Shown here: positions 1 to 12,748 of the stretch, one piece after another
How positions within the stretch are numbered: the first letter of the stretch is position 1
How the letters are laid out: the number at the start of each line of letters is the position of its first letter
NCBI GenBank assembly: GCA_048013815.1
Contig: CM106586.1
Span: 11,904,001-11,968,000, forward strand
Direction: 5' to 3'
Source of the DNA: Setoptus koraiensis
Taxonomy: Eukaryota; Animalia; Arthropoda
DNA: 64,000 nt
Position numbers and translations under genes: made by a program
Notes under the pieces: generated by a model
The model's database searches: none
The model's input: the letters and a program-made list of their open reading frames with translations, nothing else
Told to the model about the DNA's origin: nothing

Positions 1-227
1 ATGTACAATCATCATACATGGAGAACACAATGAGTTCTACAACGACAGTATCGACACCCCAAGGTGAAGTTGACAATCTGATGCAACAGATAGCGGACGA
101 GGCCGGACTAGAGCTTAATCTAGAACTGTCTCACGGGGTAAAGTCATCTGTGTTGCCCTCCGCAACTATTGTCTCTCAGGAACAGGATGAGCTCACCAAG
201 AGATTGGAACAACTGAGGAATGCCTAA
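1..227 (+). CDS. CHMP1B: 3' end of charged multivesicular body protein 1 (ESCRT-III, Did2/Vps46 family), 5'-truncated by the window edge
   Basis: VQSSYMENTMSSTTTVSTPQGEVDNLMQQIADEAGLEL...EQDELTKRLEQLR matches the characteristic CHMP1 C-terminus (DEAGL motif, MIM1 'DELxxRLxxLR'). The frame is open from the window start. Confidence 0.9.
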   Translation, partial: VQSSYMENTMSSTTTVSTPQGEVDNLMQQIADEAGLELNLELSHGVKSSVLPSATIVSQEQDELTKRLEQLRNA

Positions 228-647
228 TCACCTTACACATATGAATGAGTGAACACCGTGATGTAGTAATCCAATATGATTGCTAAATTCTGTTGTTTTA
301 TAGCTTATTAAAACGAAGAAAAAACAATAAATGTATAGCTTATCGTTGTTAGTTTACAACAGTGCAAACTTCTAGATCGGATGGTCAGCGCGGATGAAGT
401 TGATATTTATCGTTCATTGTAGCTATATGATGGTAAATTTGACCTTCGGCACCTCTGTTGTTTGTATCTGTCATATATTGTTGCGGATTATCTGAATATC
501 TACTTGTCTTCGATCTAGGTGTAAACAGTTTGCTTTTCGTATGTAAGCCAAACAATTGACAAGTTTTCTTGATCAATCGTGCAATGGTGCTCATCGTTAT
601 CAGAAGCTCGTTGGTCTCTATTCAGAGGCGCCCTCCAGAATTCAAGT

Positions 648-2648
648 TTATAATGCGAAGTGTAGGATCAATATAATGCCAGATATAATCCACCCTACCA
701 GCTGCACAAGAGATTTGTGATGAAAGACAAAATACAAAGTCAGTCTGTTGTAGTGATGTGATCACTCGAAAATATTTCTTACATTTTTACCAACCATTGG
801 CAAGTTTTCGAGTGTCACTGGATATCTAGCTGCGATTAAAAATGTGATATTCCGGACATCGTGTAGATCATCCCTTACATAAATCAGTCGCTCTACGTTC
901 CAGGTAGTCATGAACTGCTGATGAATTAGCAGATTCTGTATGGCATGATATATTTTTGTGAACTGACATTGAGAATAATACAAATGGGGGTTGATATTGG
1001 TTGAAAGATGAAGATGTTCAAGTTGCACCCAGGATCGAAGGATAAAGTTCAATAGGCTTAAAGCTTGTACCAACATACTGACCCTGCTATGGATAACACC
1101 AACAGTGAAGCTTATATACACAACAGGAAACGAAAAACCAAGAAAAAGAGAACTTAATGCTGGGAGTTCTGGATCTTTAAAGTCTGGCATTCTCATGATG
1201 GTGGCAACAGTCAACATGACACACGGCATCATGAAAATAAGTTCTAAATTTAGATAGTCGTTGAAATTTCGCTTTAATTGACCAAAATCGCCGCGCAACC
1301 CAGATATCATTCTTATAAGTTTCTCAACATGGTTGGATATCTCAATCGAATTCTCAGTTTTATTCCTTCTGATTAAAACACTGACTGAATTGAATTCTCG
1401 GTGAAACAAATTTCTAGGATGATGGTTGAAAGTCTTGTCGTCCATGGCTGCCAGTATTTTCAGTCTATTTTTGTGAATTCTAGTTTGCTTACGATAGAGT
1501 TCATTCAATTCTCTGGCATATCTCAGTGTGCGCTTTGCTTTGCTAAAACAAACGAAACAATCCCAAATAAATGGTGTAATATCTAAAAATTGATGGAGTA
1601 TTATATGATTCAAGATAACGCCAAGCAAAATAGAAATGAGGCGCTCTGTCGTGAATAATTTCTCGGAATCTTGATAGTTATACACCTTACTGGATATTAA
1701 CATCGGGAAAACAGCCACACCCAAGAGAAAAAATAGTGATAACCACCCTAAAACTATCCAATGAGCTAAAAATCTCATTGACGCTTTATCGACCATGTGA
1801 GGACTGCCATTTTTCAGAAAATGTTTGGGAAATTTAAGCTGATAATTGATCTCCCGAAAATCATCGTTGAAATCAAACAATATTTCATGCCTCGCGTTGC
1901 TCGAATTTCCGGATTTCGCCGATTTCGCACTGGCGTCACATACATCTATGTAGCTACTTCTAGATTTATGATAACCGAAATTAGCTTCGATGCGATTAAA
2001 TGTGTCACTTTTCTTCTCTTGTGACATTTGAAACCCTCCAGATTTCGGCGCGACAACGTTGCAATTACAACTTTCTCTTTGTCTAGCTGTTCGTTCGCTC
2101 AACTTGTCCTTAGATTGGACTAAATTAGTGTAGCCCATGATATAGAGCCAGGCTCGTGGGGTTAATTTGAAACAATTGAAATAAGTCATAACTATATCAT
2201 ACTGTCTGGGGCGATAATTTGCACTCATACTTCTACGCAGATGTTTAACACGGAAAATGTAAGTTTCAATCAGAAGTATAGCTACAATTCTGTTCACCAC
2301 CTGAGAGTATCTATAATTAACATATGGGTCGGTTATCAAATTCCATTTACGCAGTTCCTGAATAACACTCTCATCACAGAAGCCAATTACTAATGAATTG
2401 ATCGCTATGTAGATTCCAAAAAGAAAATCAGATAGCATATAGAGCAAATAGTGTGGCTTTCGCTGTCTATTATTTAAGAAAATTTTTACTCTGCCGATTA
2501 ATATACTCATCCTTCTGTGATTCCTCTTGTCGTCGAACTGTTCCGATGATATTTCTTGCACTTCATCGGGCAGCAAATTCACTGAACCATTGACAATTGA
2601 ACAGGAGAAAATCAGTGGAAAGAATATGTTAATTCTGATGGAATCCAT
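648..2648 (-). CDS. Divergent gustatory-receptor-like 7TM protein, copy A (apparently intact, ~595 aa; exons 2648-1083, 962-795, 701-648)
   Basis: Multiple hydrophobic segments. Two phase-0 GT-AG introns (1082-963, 794-702) are shared with the paralogs. The spliced C-terminus ITFLIAARYPVTLENLPM|LVGWIISGIILILHFAL* resembles the GR TM7a/TM7b pattern. Confidence 0.7.
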
Positions 2649-2980
2649 TTCGTGATTTGTTGTGGCAAAAAATAGTTCTCTCTAAAATGCTGATGGGAGA
2701 CGGGTTTAAATATTTTAAACTTTAAGGTAGCATCATCTGAGACAAAATCGTATGCAACGTGTCTGTTCATTATTCACATTGCAGATCTTTTTCGATCATA
2801 AATCTCGATTGAATTTTTTTTTCTTGTCTTTTCAGGAAATTTGTTGCGAATATTCATTGTCCACCACGCATAGCCTAATAGCCAAGTAACATGTTATCTT
2901 TGTTTGATTAAGCGATCTAATGATCCAGACACCGGTCTAGAGCACGTCAACTCAACCGATTGACAATGTACCTTCTGACC

Positions 2981-3790
2981 TTAAGAGTGTACATAACGCA
3001 CGAATTGAGTGCACAATGATAAAAATGGCAAAACTCCAAGGTCGATCAAAACTACGAGCTGATCGAGGTGGAAACTCAATGGTTTGAACCACATCCAGCC
3101 ATTTGTGCTATTCCTTCCATTTGGCAGAAGCGTTAGAAATGGTTTTGTACTCTGGCGAAAGACCGTGTGGTTCAAACCACGAGCATACGACCATGTAACA
3201 ATTTCTATCGCCACACTGTAGAGGCGCCCTCCTAACTTCAAATTTATAATGATCAATATAGTGCCAGATATAATCCATCCAACCAGCTACACAAGAAATT
3301 CGTGATGATGATGAAGACAAAATACAAAGTCAGTCTATTGAAGGGGCTGTGATCACTCGGAATTTTTTTTTTATATTTTTACCAACCATTGGCAAGTTTT
3401 CGAGTGTCACTGGATATCTAGCTGCGATCAGAAATGCGGTATTCTGGACATCTCCTAGATCATCCGTTCCATCATCATCGCTGTACGTTCCAGGTAGTCA
3501 TGAACGGCTGATGAATTAGCAGACTCTGCAAGGCATGATATATTTTTGTGAACTAACATTTAGAATAATACGAATGGGGGTTGAAATCGGTTGAAAGATG
3601 CAGATGGTCAAGTTGCTCTGATTACAGATTCAACGGATGGCTTTGATAGGTTAAAAGCTTGTGCCAACATTCTGACCCTACGATGGATAACGCCAACAAT
3701 GTAACTTATATACACTATAGGGAGCCATTAACCGAGATAGAGCAAGCGAAGGGGTTGTCTCATTTTAGGGTGTTTTTATTTTTGGTCTAT
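2981..3790 (-). pseudogene. Gustatory-receptor-like pseudogene fragment, copy B (3' exons only)
   Basis: Homologous to the 3' exons of copies A and C with the same splice sites. It carries an in-frame TAA (~3728-3730), a 2-nt deletion in the penultimate exon (166 vs 168 nt) and an 11-nt deletion in the last exon that removes the normal stop. Confidence 0.7.
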
Positions 3791-4102
3791 CTTTCTTTTC
3801 CGGTGACAAAACAATTCAATCTTTGGTATAGTAGAAACAAGTGTCTGTAAGAACTTGCATGAAATAGGCAAAAGCCGGATCGAATTTTAACTCACAAAAA
3901 GAGGATGTGCTTTAGTTCCATCACAGAGAAACAATTGCAAGTCCGGTCGATACCAAGAGAAAAAACAATGATCAATGGGATTGCTAAAAGTTTGCTTTCC
4001 GAATATAAACCAAACAATCGCTTCTTGATCAATCGTGCAATGGTGCTCATCGTTATCAGATACTCGTGGTCTCTCTCCGAAAGCGCCCTCCTAAATTCAA
4101 AT

Positions 4103-6290
4103 TTATGATGCGAAATGTAGGATCAATATAATGCCAGATATAATCCATCCAACCAGCTACACAAGAGATTTGTGATGAAAGACAAAATACAAAGTCAGTC
4201 TGTTGTAGTGATGTGATCACTCGGAAATATTTCTTACATTTTAACCAACCATTGGCAAGTTTTCGAGTGTCACTGGATATCTAGCTGCGATCAGAAATGC
4301 GGTGTTCTGGACATCTCCTAGATCATCCGTTACAATCATCAATTGCTGTACGTTCCAGGGAGTCATGAACGACTGATGAATTAGCAGATTCTGTATAGCG
4401 TGATATATTTTTGTGAACTATGATTGAGAATCAAAAGAGCGAGGTTTGAAGTTTTCCGTAAGATGAACATTGTCAAGTTGCTTCGATTTCCGATTCAAAG
4501 GGTGATGTTCAATAGGTTTAAAGCTTGTGCAAGCATACTGACCTTGCTATGGATAACACCAACAGTGAAGCTTATATACACAACAGGAAACGAAAAACCA
4601 AGAAAAAGAGAACTTAATGCCGGAAATTCGGGTTCTTTAAAGCCTGGCATTCTCATGATGGTGGCAACAGTCAACATGACACAAGGCACCTTAAAGATAA
4701 TTTCCAAATTAAGATAGTCGCTGAAGTTTCGCTTTAATTGACCAAAATCGTTGCGCAACTCGGTTACCATTTCTATAAGGGTATCAACATGGCCGGATAT
4801 GTCAATCGAATTCTCAGTTTTGTTCCTTAAGACTAAAGCATCGACTGGATAGTATCCGGAATGGAACAATATTCCAGCATGATAGTCGAAAGTCTTGTCG
4901 TCAACGGCGACCAATATTTTCATTCCATTGTTGTAAATTCTAGTTTGCTTACGATAGAGTTCATTCAATTCTCTGGCGAATCCCAGTGTACACTTTGCTT
5001 TGCTAAAACAGACAAAACAATTTAGGATGAATGGTGCAACGTCTAGAAATAGAAAGATTGTTATAAGTATCGAGATAATGCCAAGAAAAAAAGAAACGAG
5101 GCGCTCTCTCACGAATAGTATCATGGAATCTTGATATTTATAATAATCCGTCAATATCAATATAGGAAAAATTGCCACATCCGAGATATAAAATAGCGTT
5201 AACCACCCGACAAACACCCAATGAGCTAAAAATCTCAGTGACGCTTTATCGACCATGTGAGGACTGCCTTTTATCAGAAAGTGTTTGGGAAATTTAAGCT
5301 GATAATTGATCTCCCGAAAATCATCGTTGAAATCAAACAATATTTTTCCACGCTCCGCCCGTCCTGCGTTGTTCGAATTTCCGATCGTTTCCGCCTTGTT
5401 ATCACACACACCTCTATAGCTAGTCCCACCAATATACGGTCTTTCAGATTTATGGTAACCGAAATTACTTTCGGTGCGATTAAATATGTCGCTTTTCTTC
5501 TCTTGTGACATCTCAAATCCTCCAGGTTTTGATCCTCGGGGGATCCCAAAATGTGTCACTAAATGGTCCCCCCGAATTCACCTGGTATATACTGAACACA
5601 CACACCCAGAGGGTGCGGGGGGGAGGGGGGGGCGGGTGGGGGGGAGGGCGGTGGGGGAGGGGGGTAGGGGCGGGGGAGGCGGATGGGGGTCGGGGGGGGG
5701 GGTGGGGAGACCATCGCACGTGAGGGGGGGGGGGGGGGGGGGGGCGTGATAATCGAGTCTGACCAATCTGCTACTACTTCACATACATGTCTTACGCAAG
5801 CTCTGTCTCGAATCAGTGGACGCACATGGTATATAAGCCAGGCATCGTGGAGAAGCTTAGATGCTTTATCAAATGTCAATCGAAATAATGTCATATTACA
5901 TAATCAATAACTGTCTGGGCCGATATTTGCTCACTACTTCTCTACAAACAGAATTATTTCTGACACGGAAAATGTAAGTTTCAAATCAGAAGTATATGCT
6001 GCGATTCTGTCCACCAGGGACGTTGAGAGCAGTATTTATTAATATAAACTGCAAGAAATGTCGTTCAGCATTATCATATTCTCATCTATCCAACATTACC
6101 TTCCTGCATCGTACACTCGCTCTCATTACAAAATCAATACTAAATGAAATTACATCCATCAGAATAAATTCAATGACAATCAACATAACTACTACTCCAT
6201 GGCAACGAGCGACAAATAATTATGGTTTGTCGGTCTATATCCACGTGTAACTCGACAAAACAAACCTCTACTTACTACAGGCATTATAAT
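4103..6290 (-). CDS. Gustatory-receptor-like gene, copy C (3' part clean: exons to 4543, 4417-4250, 4156-4103; 5' part corrupted beyond ~5545)
   Basis: The 354-aa ORF is clearly paralogous to copy A, with last exon LVGWIISGIILILHFAS*. Here the first 3' intron contains a stop, which confirms it is an intron. Homology to the N-terminus of copy A resumes at 5760-6290 with many 1-nt indels. Confidence 0.6.
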
Positions 6291-9200
6291 ATCATATCTT
6301 GTGGTTCCTCTTGTTAACTGTACTGTATCTCAGCACGACCTGAATCTATTCTTACTTGCAGTTCCACTTGCATACCAGGGGGCGAGGCAATCTTCACAAG
6401 TAGAACAACTGACCCAACTTGCACAGCCAGAAATGAAGCAGCGCAAAGAACTTTTCAACTCGGTATAACACATCCTGATTGTATCATACTCTTTCAGTAA
6501 AGGTGTGGTTGGTGCGATCATCGCCCACGTGTGCGCTTACTACCTATAGGATAGGAAATTGAAGACTAACAAGAGCCTAAACCACTATCGACTGTAACAT
6601 ACGGTCTAAAAGCACTTTAACGACTAACACTCACAAAAGAAGGCCCAATAATATTATATATGTGGTAGTCTGAACATAGCCCCACCCCCCCATCGCTCCC
6701 CCCAAGATAATTTCCCACCCACCACACACACACCCACAACATTGACGCGTCGCACTAGGATTTCGTTGGCAGTCTTTCTCTCCCTATCTAGAGAAATCAC
6801 GTGCCAACATTTTGTAAGTGTTTTATCATATTAGATTTGCCGAAGAATTGTGCGCCTTATTTCCGTACCAACAGCCGACGACACAGTCTAATGAAGGCAA
6901 CAGGTGAGCTAGCACGTCAATTTTTATTGATATTGTCAGTGATTTTTCAGGACCCAGAGCCTCGTCCGCGGCAGCAGCACCCAACGGTTTCCAACATTCT
7001 CAGCATGTTTCCTTTGGTTGAAGAAGTGATTCAGTCTCGGAACTACCACGATCAATTCTTATGATTATATATAAAGGCATATAGAAAGAGTAGCTCATCA
7101 ACACAGTGGGCTACTTAGCAGGCTAGGCGGGGGCCGGTAGCCCGGGAAACGCCCTCTCGAGGAATTGCTCCAGCATCATGGCAGTAAGGCGACCTCATAC
7201 GTCACGCAGCTTTCTTGGCGTCTAAATATAATCGCCTCATCCAAATATATCTCAAATAGTATATAGCGCTCTCCGTAATCTTAACGCTATATACGTAGGA
7301 ATGATCATACGACTCTATATACTAGCATACATGCTACAAAAACTATCTGCAAAGTCCATCACGCAGGCTTGGCTTCACACATGTATTGGATACACCAAGA
7401 TAATATACACTACTAAGAGAGGTGTGGCTATAACTCTCCCAACTCCTATCTCTAAGCTCAATACTCCTCTAGACCGATTCGGCAGGATACCCAAATTTCG
7501 TACTCGGCACCGATACAAGAACCACATAATAAATTGCACTCTGACGCCTGAGCAGTTGTAAAGCCTCGGACAAAGTGAGGCAGAGTCACCTCTCGAGATT
7601 GAGCGGTCAGATTAGGACATACACTCCGTAGAGCGCAAATATACTCAGTATCGCGAATAAATGCAACTAGCTTATATGGAAGGGAGGACATATTGTAGTA
7701 TTTACAATGATATAAGTTATATACAATTGAATGTTAGTGCTAGACGGTTCGTGGATATGCCTACCGTATTGTACTCCATCTGCCTACTTCCGCTACGTGT
7801 AACGTGTGACCTATCAGAGAGTTTCTCCTCTTCTGCTATTTGGACCCAACGATAGCCAAATCGTTGGCTAAATGCTTTGCAGCTATGCACCACCCGTGAC
7901 AAAGGCTACCAAGATCAGCGCGACAGTGATTATATATTGACGAGGTCGCATCCCCGCTTAAAGAGGCTTTCCAAGACATGGTTCTGATAGTTTGGCGTCG
8001 ATTCCTCATACATATTTATCAAGCCGAATTGTAGGCATCTAATCCATTCTATGTCAATATAATCACATACCAACTACTCTTGCGCAGCGAATTTAGTGAA
8101 TGATAGACACAAAGAGAGATGAGTAGTTCTATGATCCCGCAACGTGCTCAGTGAGAATTTCGGCTTTAATAAAGGGGATGCGGGGGTCTAAAACCATCAC
8201 AGCTCATAAGACACTGCTTTGTCTGAGCACTCGAGTAGCTCGTCAACTATAAGCGCAAACTCGGCAGATAGTCTCATGTGCATCCTTCCTAGATCATACG
8301 ATTATACAATTTCAGCCATTGCCATCGCTTCAGGTTCTCAATGAACGTCGTCGATGTTCCAGCAGATCTGTTAAGGCTTAGATAACATCAACAAGTACAA
8401 ATCATTTTTATTTATTGAGCTAGCAATAGATTCATTACAGGATGCAAGCGATTTAGACAAGTCCCAGGTATAGTCAGATGCAAGATGTTACAAGTGTGCT
8501 TCAGATTCTACTACGCTTTAGAAACAGCGTAGAATAGGCTAATTCCTATAGGTTTAGTCCACAAGCTTGTAGCCAAGACATAAATACTGGAGAACCTTGC
8601 TATAGGTAATCACCAACCAGTTGCTAACTATATTCTACATTACACTTACCCCACGGCGATGCCCAGTATTCGAAGAAAAGTAGACGACAACCACTAAATG
8701 CTCCAGCAATGAATTCTTTACACAATCATCCCGCATCTCCTATATAACGATCAAACTAGCCAATGGCCTCATCATTGACCAACAGGTTCACATCTTGAAC
8801 ACACATAACAGGTCCCGAAATAAACTCAGTACGTTTACTTGACCATCATTTACGCTTCAAATCGTTCGAAATAACAGTTGCCGCAAACACCATGTTCACG
8901 CATCTATAGGACTTCATGACATAGGTAAATAATGTACATCGAATCTGCACTAACAACATTTTATCCCTCAATCGTAACTTACAGCAGTAATTAACGAATC
9001 TCAGCGTCCACACACTACTGAATTGTTTTCTGCATTTACCAACAGATGCCCAACTCAGTCATGTACAGACCTAAGATCCACTCTCTGGCAAGTCACTCGC
9101 TCTTACCACGCCTGCTTAGAAAACTTGATTAACCTACATCTACAACAATATCGTTAAACACTCTCCGAAAGCAAGACTACGTCAAAATCATGCATTATGA

Positions 9201-10870
9201 TTCTTGTACTCGCAAATGATGTAGCACTCCACAGCCACGGCCATACTCGTTCAAGAGAATTTCTTCGTCAATCCACAATCACCCCACATCATATCTTCAC
9301 TCATATCATGCTGGCCTGAATCTCCAGTTACTAGTACTAACGTCGACCGTGACATGGCCAAAAACGAAGTCTAGAAGTTCTATTAAGTAACGCCCGATTA
9401 GCGCACTCGGATAGATCAACTAACGATTCGTTTCACATGTTTTTTCTGTATCGTATCGCCTTCGGGATGGGGAGGCAGGGGGGGGGGGGGCCATCGACAC
9501 GGGTTGTAATCTTTGGGGGGGGGGGGGGTCTGGTGGTCCATCTGTTGTTGAAGAGTGAATGACGTAGAGGAAATTTAGCTCTTGTCGGTTATCTCTGGAA
9601 ACCGATATCGTCGCCAGTTTAGTAAGAGATAAGTCTATTTGAATCATAAGTCAAGTTGTAATAGACTAACTCGCGGAATACGTACCAAGTACTCGCAACT
9701 CGTCCCAACAACGCAATGCACAACTATTTAACAGTCTTACCTAATGAAATCCTAACATCCATGAGCGCGTTACTCCTATTCCACGTCACGGAGGTGAAGC
9801 TTCTGACCCATCTACACTGTCCGAGGCGCCTACCAAAATCATCACACTATTAAACGTAAATTGTCGGATAAACTGCAGCGCGCCACATAACTCACGGCAC
9901 TGTTGCTCTCGATCAAATCATCGTTAAAGTGTATAGTCTGCTTATTTTAAGAGGGTGGGTACGTACGATACACAGAAGAGTTAAGGTAGTTCTGCGACAT
10001 TCTCACTTGATAATGCTCTGATGATCTTTTATTTGCCTGGCGATCGAATCCCTTATTCCGTTGGCTTCGTCGGCTGCGCGGTGGTACGCCGATTGGAAAA
10101 GCTAATCTCCTCTATTCGCCTTCGCGTGACCGTTCATTCTACTCGCCATAAACCCTCCGTCGTCGCATGTCGACAGTGTCTATGGATTGTGATATTATTG
10201 AAAAGGGGGGGGGGGGTGGTCGCGGTTGTGAGTTAGTTGTGGTGGGTGATTGGAGGTGGTTTAGGGTCAGATATGGATGGTGAGGGGTAAAACAGTTAAT
10301 TATTCTTAATATTTATAATATTATTTGAAAAAATAAAATTTTTAATATAGTTGTGATATGTATGGAGGTTAAAGTTCGTTGTTAATATTAGTATCTTTAC
10401 AGTTTGTATGATTTGATAAGATGATCGTTGAGAATATTATTCTGATTTATTGAGTTTGTTGATGGTGTATATGTTAGAGGTTAGATGTTGGGTAAGTTGT
10501 AGTTGAGTGAAGAGTGGGTATTAGATATCACTATAACTAGAAATATAAGGATCAAGTCTGTGAGGGGGGGGAATTTTTGTTGAGAAGATTGACGGGTAAT
10601 ATTTAGGCTTGTGTGATTATGTCTTTGAGGATATTACGCTGATGTCCTAGTAGACTGAAGGGTCGTAAATAAGAGTTATGTTTAATCGTGTTCATATCTA
10701 TATGTAAATATGGTTGAGCATTTTTTCTGCACATATTCTAGCATTATGGACTGATGTGTATATTGGTTCAACAGAGGGGGAAGGTGTCATGGAGTTGGGG
10801 TTTGTAGAAGAGGATGATGTTGTGTGTTGATGCTGAGAGTGTGTTGAGGGGAGGTGTGGAGTTGGAGGGT
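5545..10870. other. Probable low-quality / unpolished sequence
   Basis: Poly-G/C runs (5610-5745, ~6690-6740, ~9470-9530, ~10205), no credible ORF, a strongly G/T-skewed block at 10240-10870, and indel-riddled homology to GR copy A at its left edge. Confidence 0.6.
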
Positions 10871-10879
10871 GGGTTTGAA

Positions 10880-11030
10880 GAGAAGACAGATTTTTAGAAC
10901 TTTCGAATAATTCTTTATGCACATCACATCGACAGCAAATTCCTGAACCATTGACAATGTACAAATAATAATATTAAAGTGGAAAAAGAACCAACCTGTA
11001 TCTGATCTATTTACTCTCATTGTCATAAAG
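10880..11030 (-). pseudogene. 5' fragment of a fourth GR-like paralog
   Basis: cagcaaattcctgaaccattgacaat...gtggaaa at ~10930-10990 matches the start of copy A (2570-2630), with a frameshifting 1-nt loss. Confidence 0.45.
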
Positions 11031-11338
11031 TAATGAATAACCTCTACAAAATTAATTTGGAGGACTGAAAAAGCTGATGACGATCCGGGTCCAAAATTCA
11101 AACACTTACAACTTCGAAATGGAACATCTGAAGACGAAAATTCTAAAAACAACATCTTTTTGCATCTTTTTTCATCCCGCGCCGCTCCAATCATATTCCG
11201 ACTGAGTGCGTCCTTTGACGGTGAAAGTTGTTTGGTCCTCTTTTTTTTCCGTGTCTTATTTGCACTTACATGGCTGAGTAACACGACCTATCTTATATTC
11301 TCTTCTAGTATCTCTATCTGTTATATGGACAAACAAAT

Positions 11339-11838
11339 NNNNNNNNNNNNNNNNNNNNNNNNNNNNNNNNNNNNNNNNNNNNNNNNNNNNNNNNNNNNNN
11401 NNNNNNNNNNNNNNNNNNNNNNNNNNNNNNNNNNNNNNNNNNNNNNNNNNNNNNNNNNNNNNNNNNNNNNNNNNNNNNNNNNNNNNNNNNNNNNNNNNNN
11501 NNNNNNNNNNNNNNNNNNNNNNNNNNNNNNNNNNNNNNNNNNNNNNNNNNNNNNNNNNNNNNNNNNNNNNNNNNNNNNNNNNNNNNNNNNNNNNNNNNNN
11601 NNNNNNNNNNNNNNNNNNNNNNNNNNNNNNNNNNNNNNNNNNNNNNNNNNNNNNNNNNNNNNNNNNNNNNNNNNNNNNNNNNNNNNNNNNNNNNNNNNNN
11701 NNNNNNNNNNNNNNNNNNNNNNNNNNNNNNNNNNNNNNNNNNNNNNNNNNNNNNNNNNNNNNNNNNNNNNNNNNNNNNNNNNNNNNNNNNNNNNNNNNNN
11801 NNNNNNNNNNNNNNNNNNNNNNNNNNNNNNNNNNNNNN
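11339..11838. other. Assembly gap (500 N)
   Basis: A run of exactly 500 N, consistent with a scaffold placeholder. Confidence 0.99.
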
Positions 11839-11942
11839 GCCATCGAGCAGCGAGTTTGATTTGATTGGAGGCAGCGTAATTGTTCAATTGAAGAATATTC
11901 ATGAGCAGAAAAGAAATTCATTGATGAACTTGATGATAGTTG

Positions 11943-12170
11943 TTAAAGGGTGGTCGCAAATAGTTCGTTTTTTGAACTAAAAAGGCTACGCTAGCCTCCA
12001 CAGTTCATTTTTCGTGCAGCTGATTTCGACTTTCTGTGCAATTCTCACCGAAGACAACCGAAGATAAGGCGACACAATGTCGGCACAGTGAGCACACGAA
12101 AAATACAATGTGGAGGCGCTAGCGTAGCCTTTTTAGTTCAAAAAAAAAACTATTCGCGACCACCCTTTAC
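11943..12170. mobile_element. MITE (~220 bp) with ~70-bp terminal inverted repeats, Kolobok-like termini
   Basis: Left end TTAA|AGGGTGGTCGCAAATAGTT...GAACTAAAAAGGCTACGCTAGC.CTCCACA...TTTTTCGTG is mirrored by the right end ...GCGACCACCCT|TTAC. TTAA and a degenerate TTAC flank the AGGG...CCCT termini. No ORF. Confidence 0.8.
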
Positions 12171-12748
12171 ATGAAGTTGCTGATTGGTTGCGGCACGTAT
12201 TGGTGAGTTCAGTTCACAGGTGAACATTCACAGGTGAACATTGGTGCACATGGAGCACAAGTTACAGGGAGAGAGAAGGAACGCAATTTTAGAGCAGCTA
12301 GCGCTAGATAAAGAGAAGCTGGCTTTTTCGTCTGGCTCGTCTCGCAGAATGGTTTGCATTCGAAACAGCTGACTGTAAAAATAAATTATGTCTACCATGT
12401 AAGTGTGGCTGTTCGGCTTTTTGGCTCGCTGCTAATGGCTGCTATAATAGTTGTTTTCTCCTTTCAGTACTGTTCTGTTAATCACAATTAGTGTTTGTGC
12501 TATTATTATTATGTAACTAAATTAATTATGCATCCAACAATAATTGGTGGACCGGTGTACCGTTACAACAGAACTTGTCCAGCCCGCACAAGCGCCATTT
12601 GGGAAATTATTGTCCACCATTAGGCTATTTGTGGCACGTAAAAGAGATAGGGAGAGCAGCCGACCAAGGGGAGCTTTGAGAAACAAACGGCAACTCACCA
12701 GCAGCAAGCTAGTTAACAGCGCCCGTTAACAACCAGGGATAGTTGCAA

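Noticed and set aside
385-594. 69-aa minus-strand ORF with a partial second copy at ~3900-4050
   Set aside because: It lies in the 3' flank co-duplicated with the receptor genes, and the two copies diverge in frame and sequence, so it is not supported as a gene.
5474-5910. Gly/Pro-rich ORFs resembling extensin or formin tracts
   Set aside because: They are translations of poly-G/C runs in probably corrupted sequence.
11160-11921. Long ORFs across the gap
   Set aside because: Artefacts of translating Ns.
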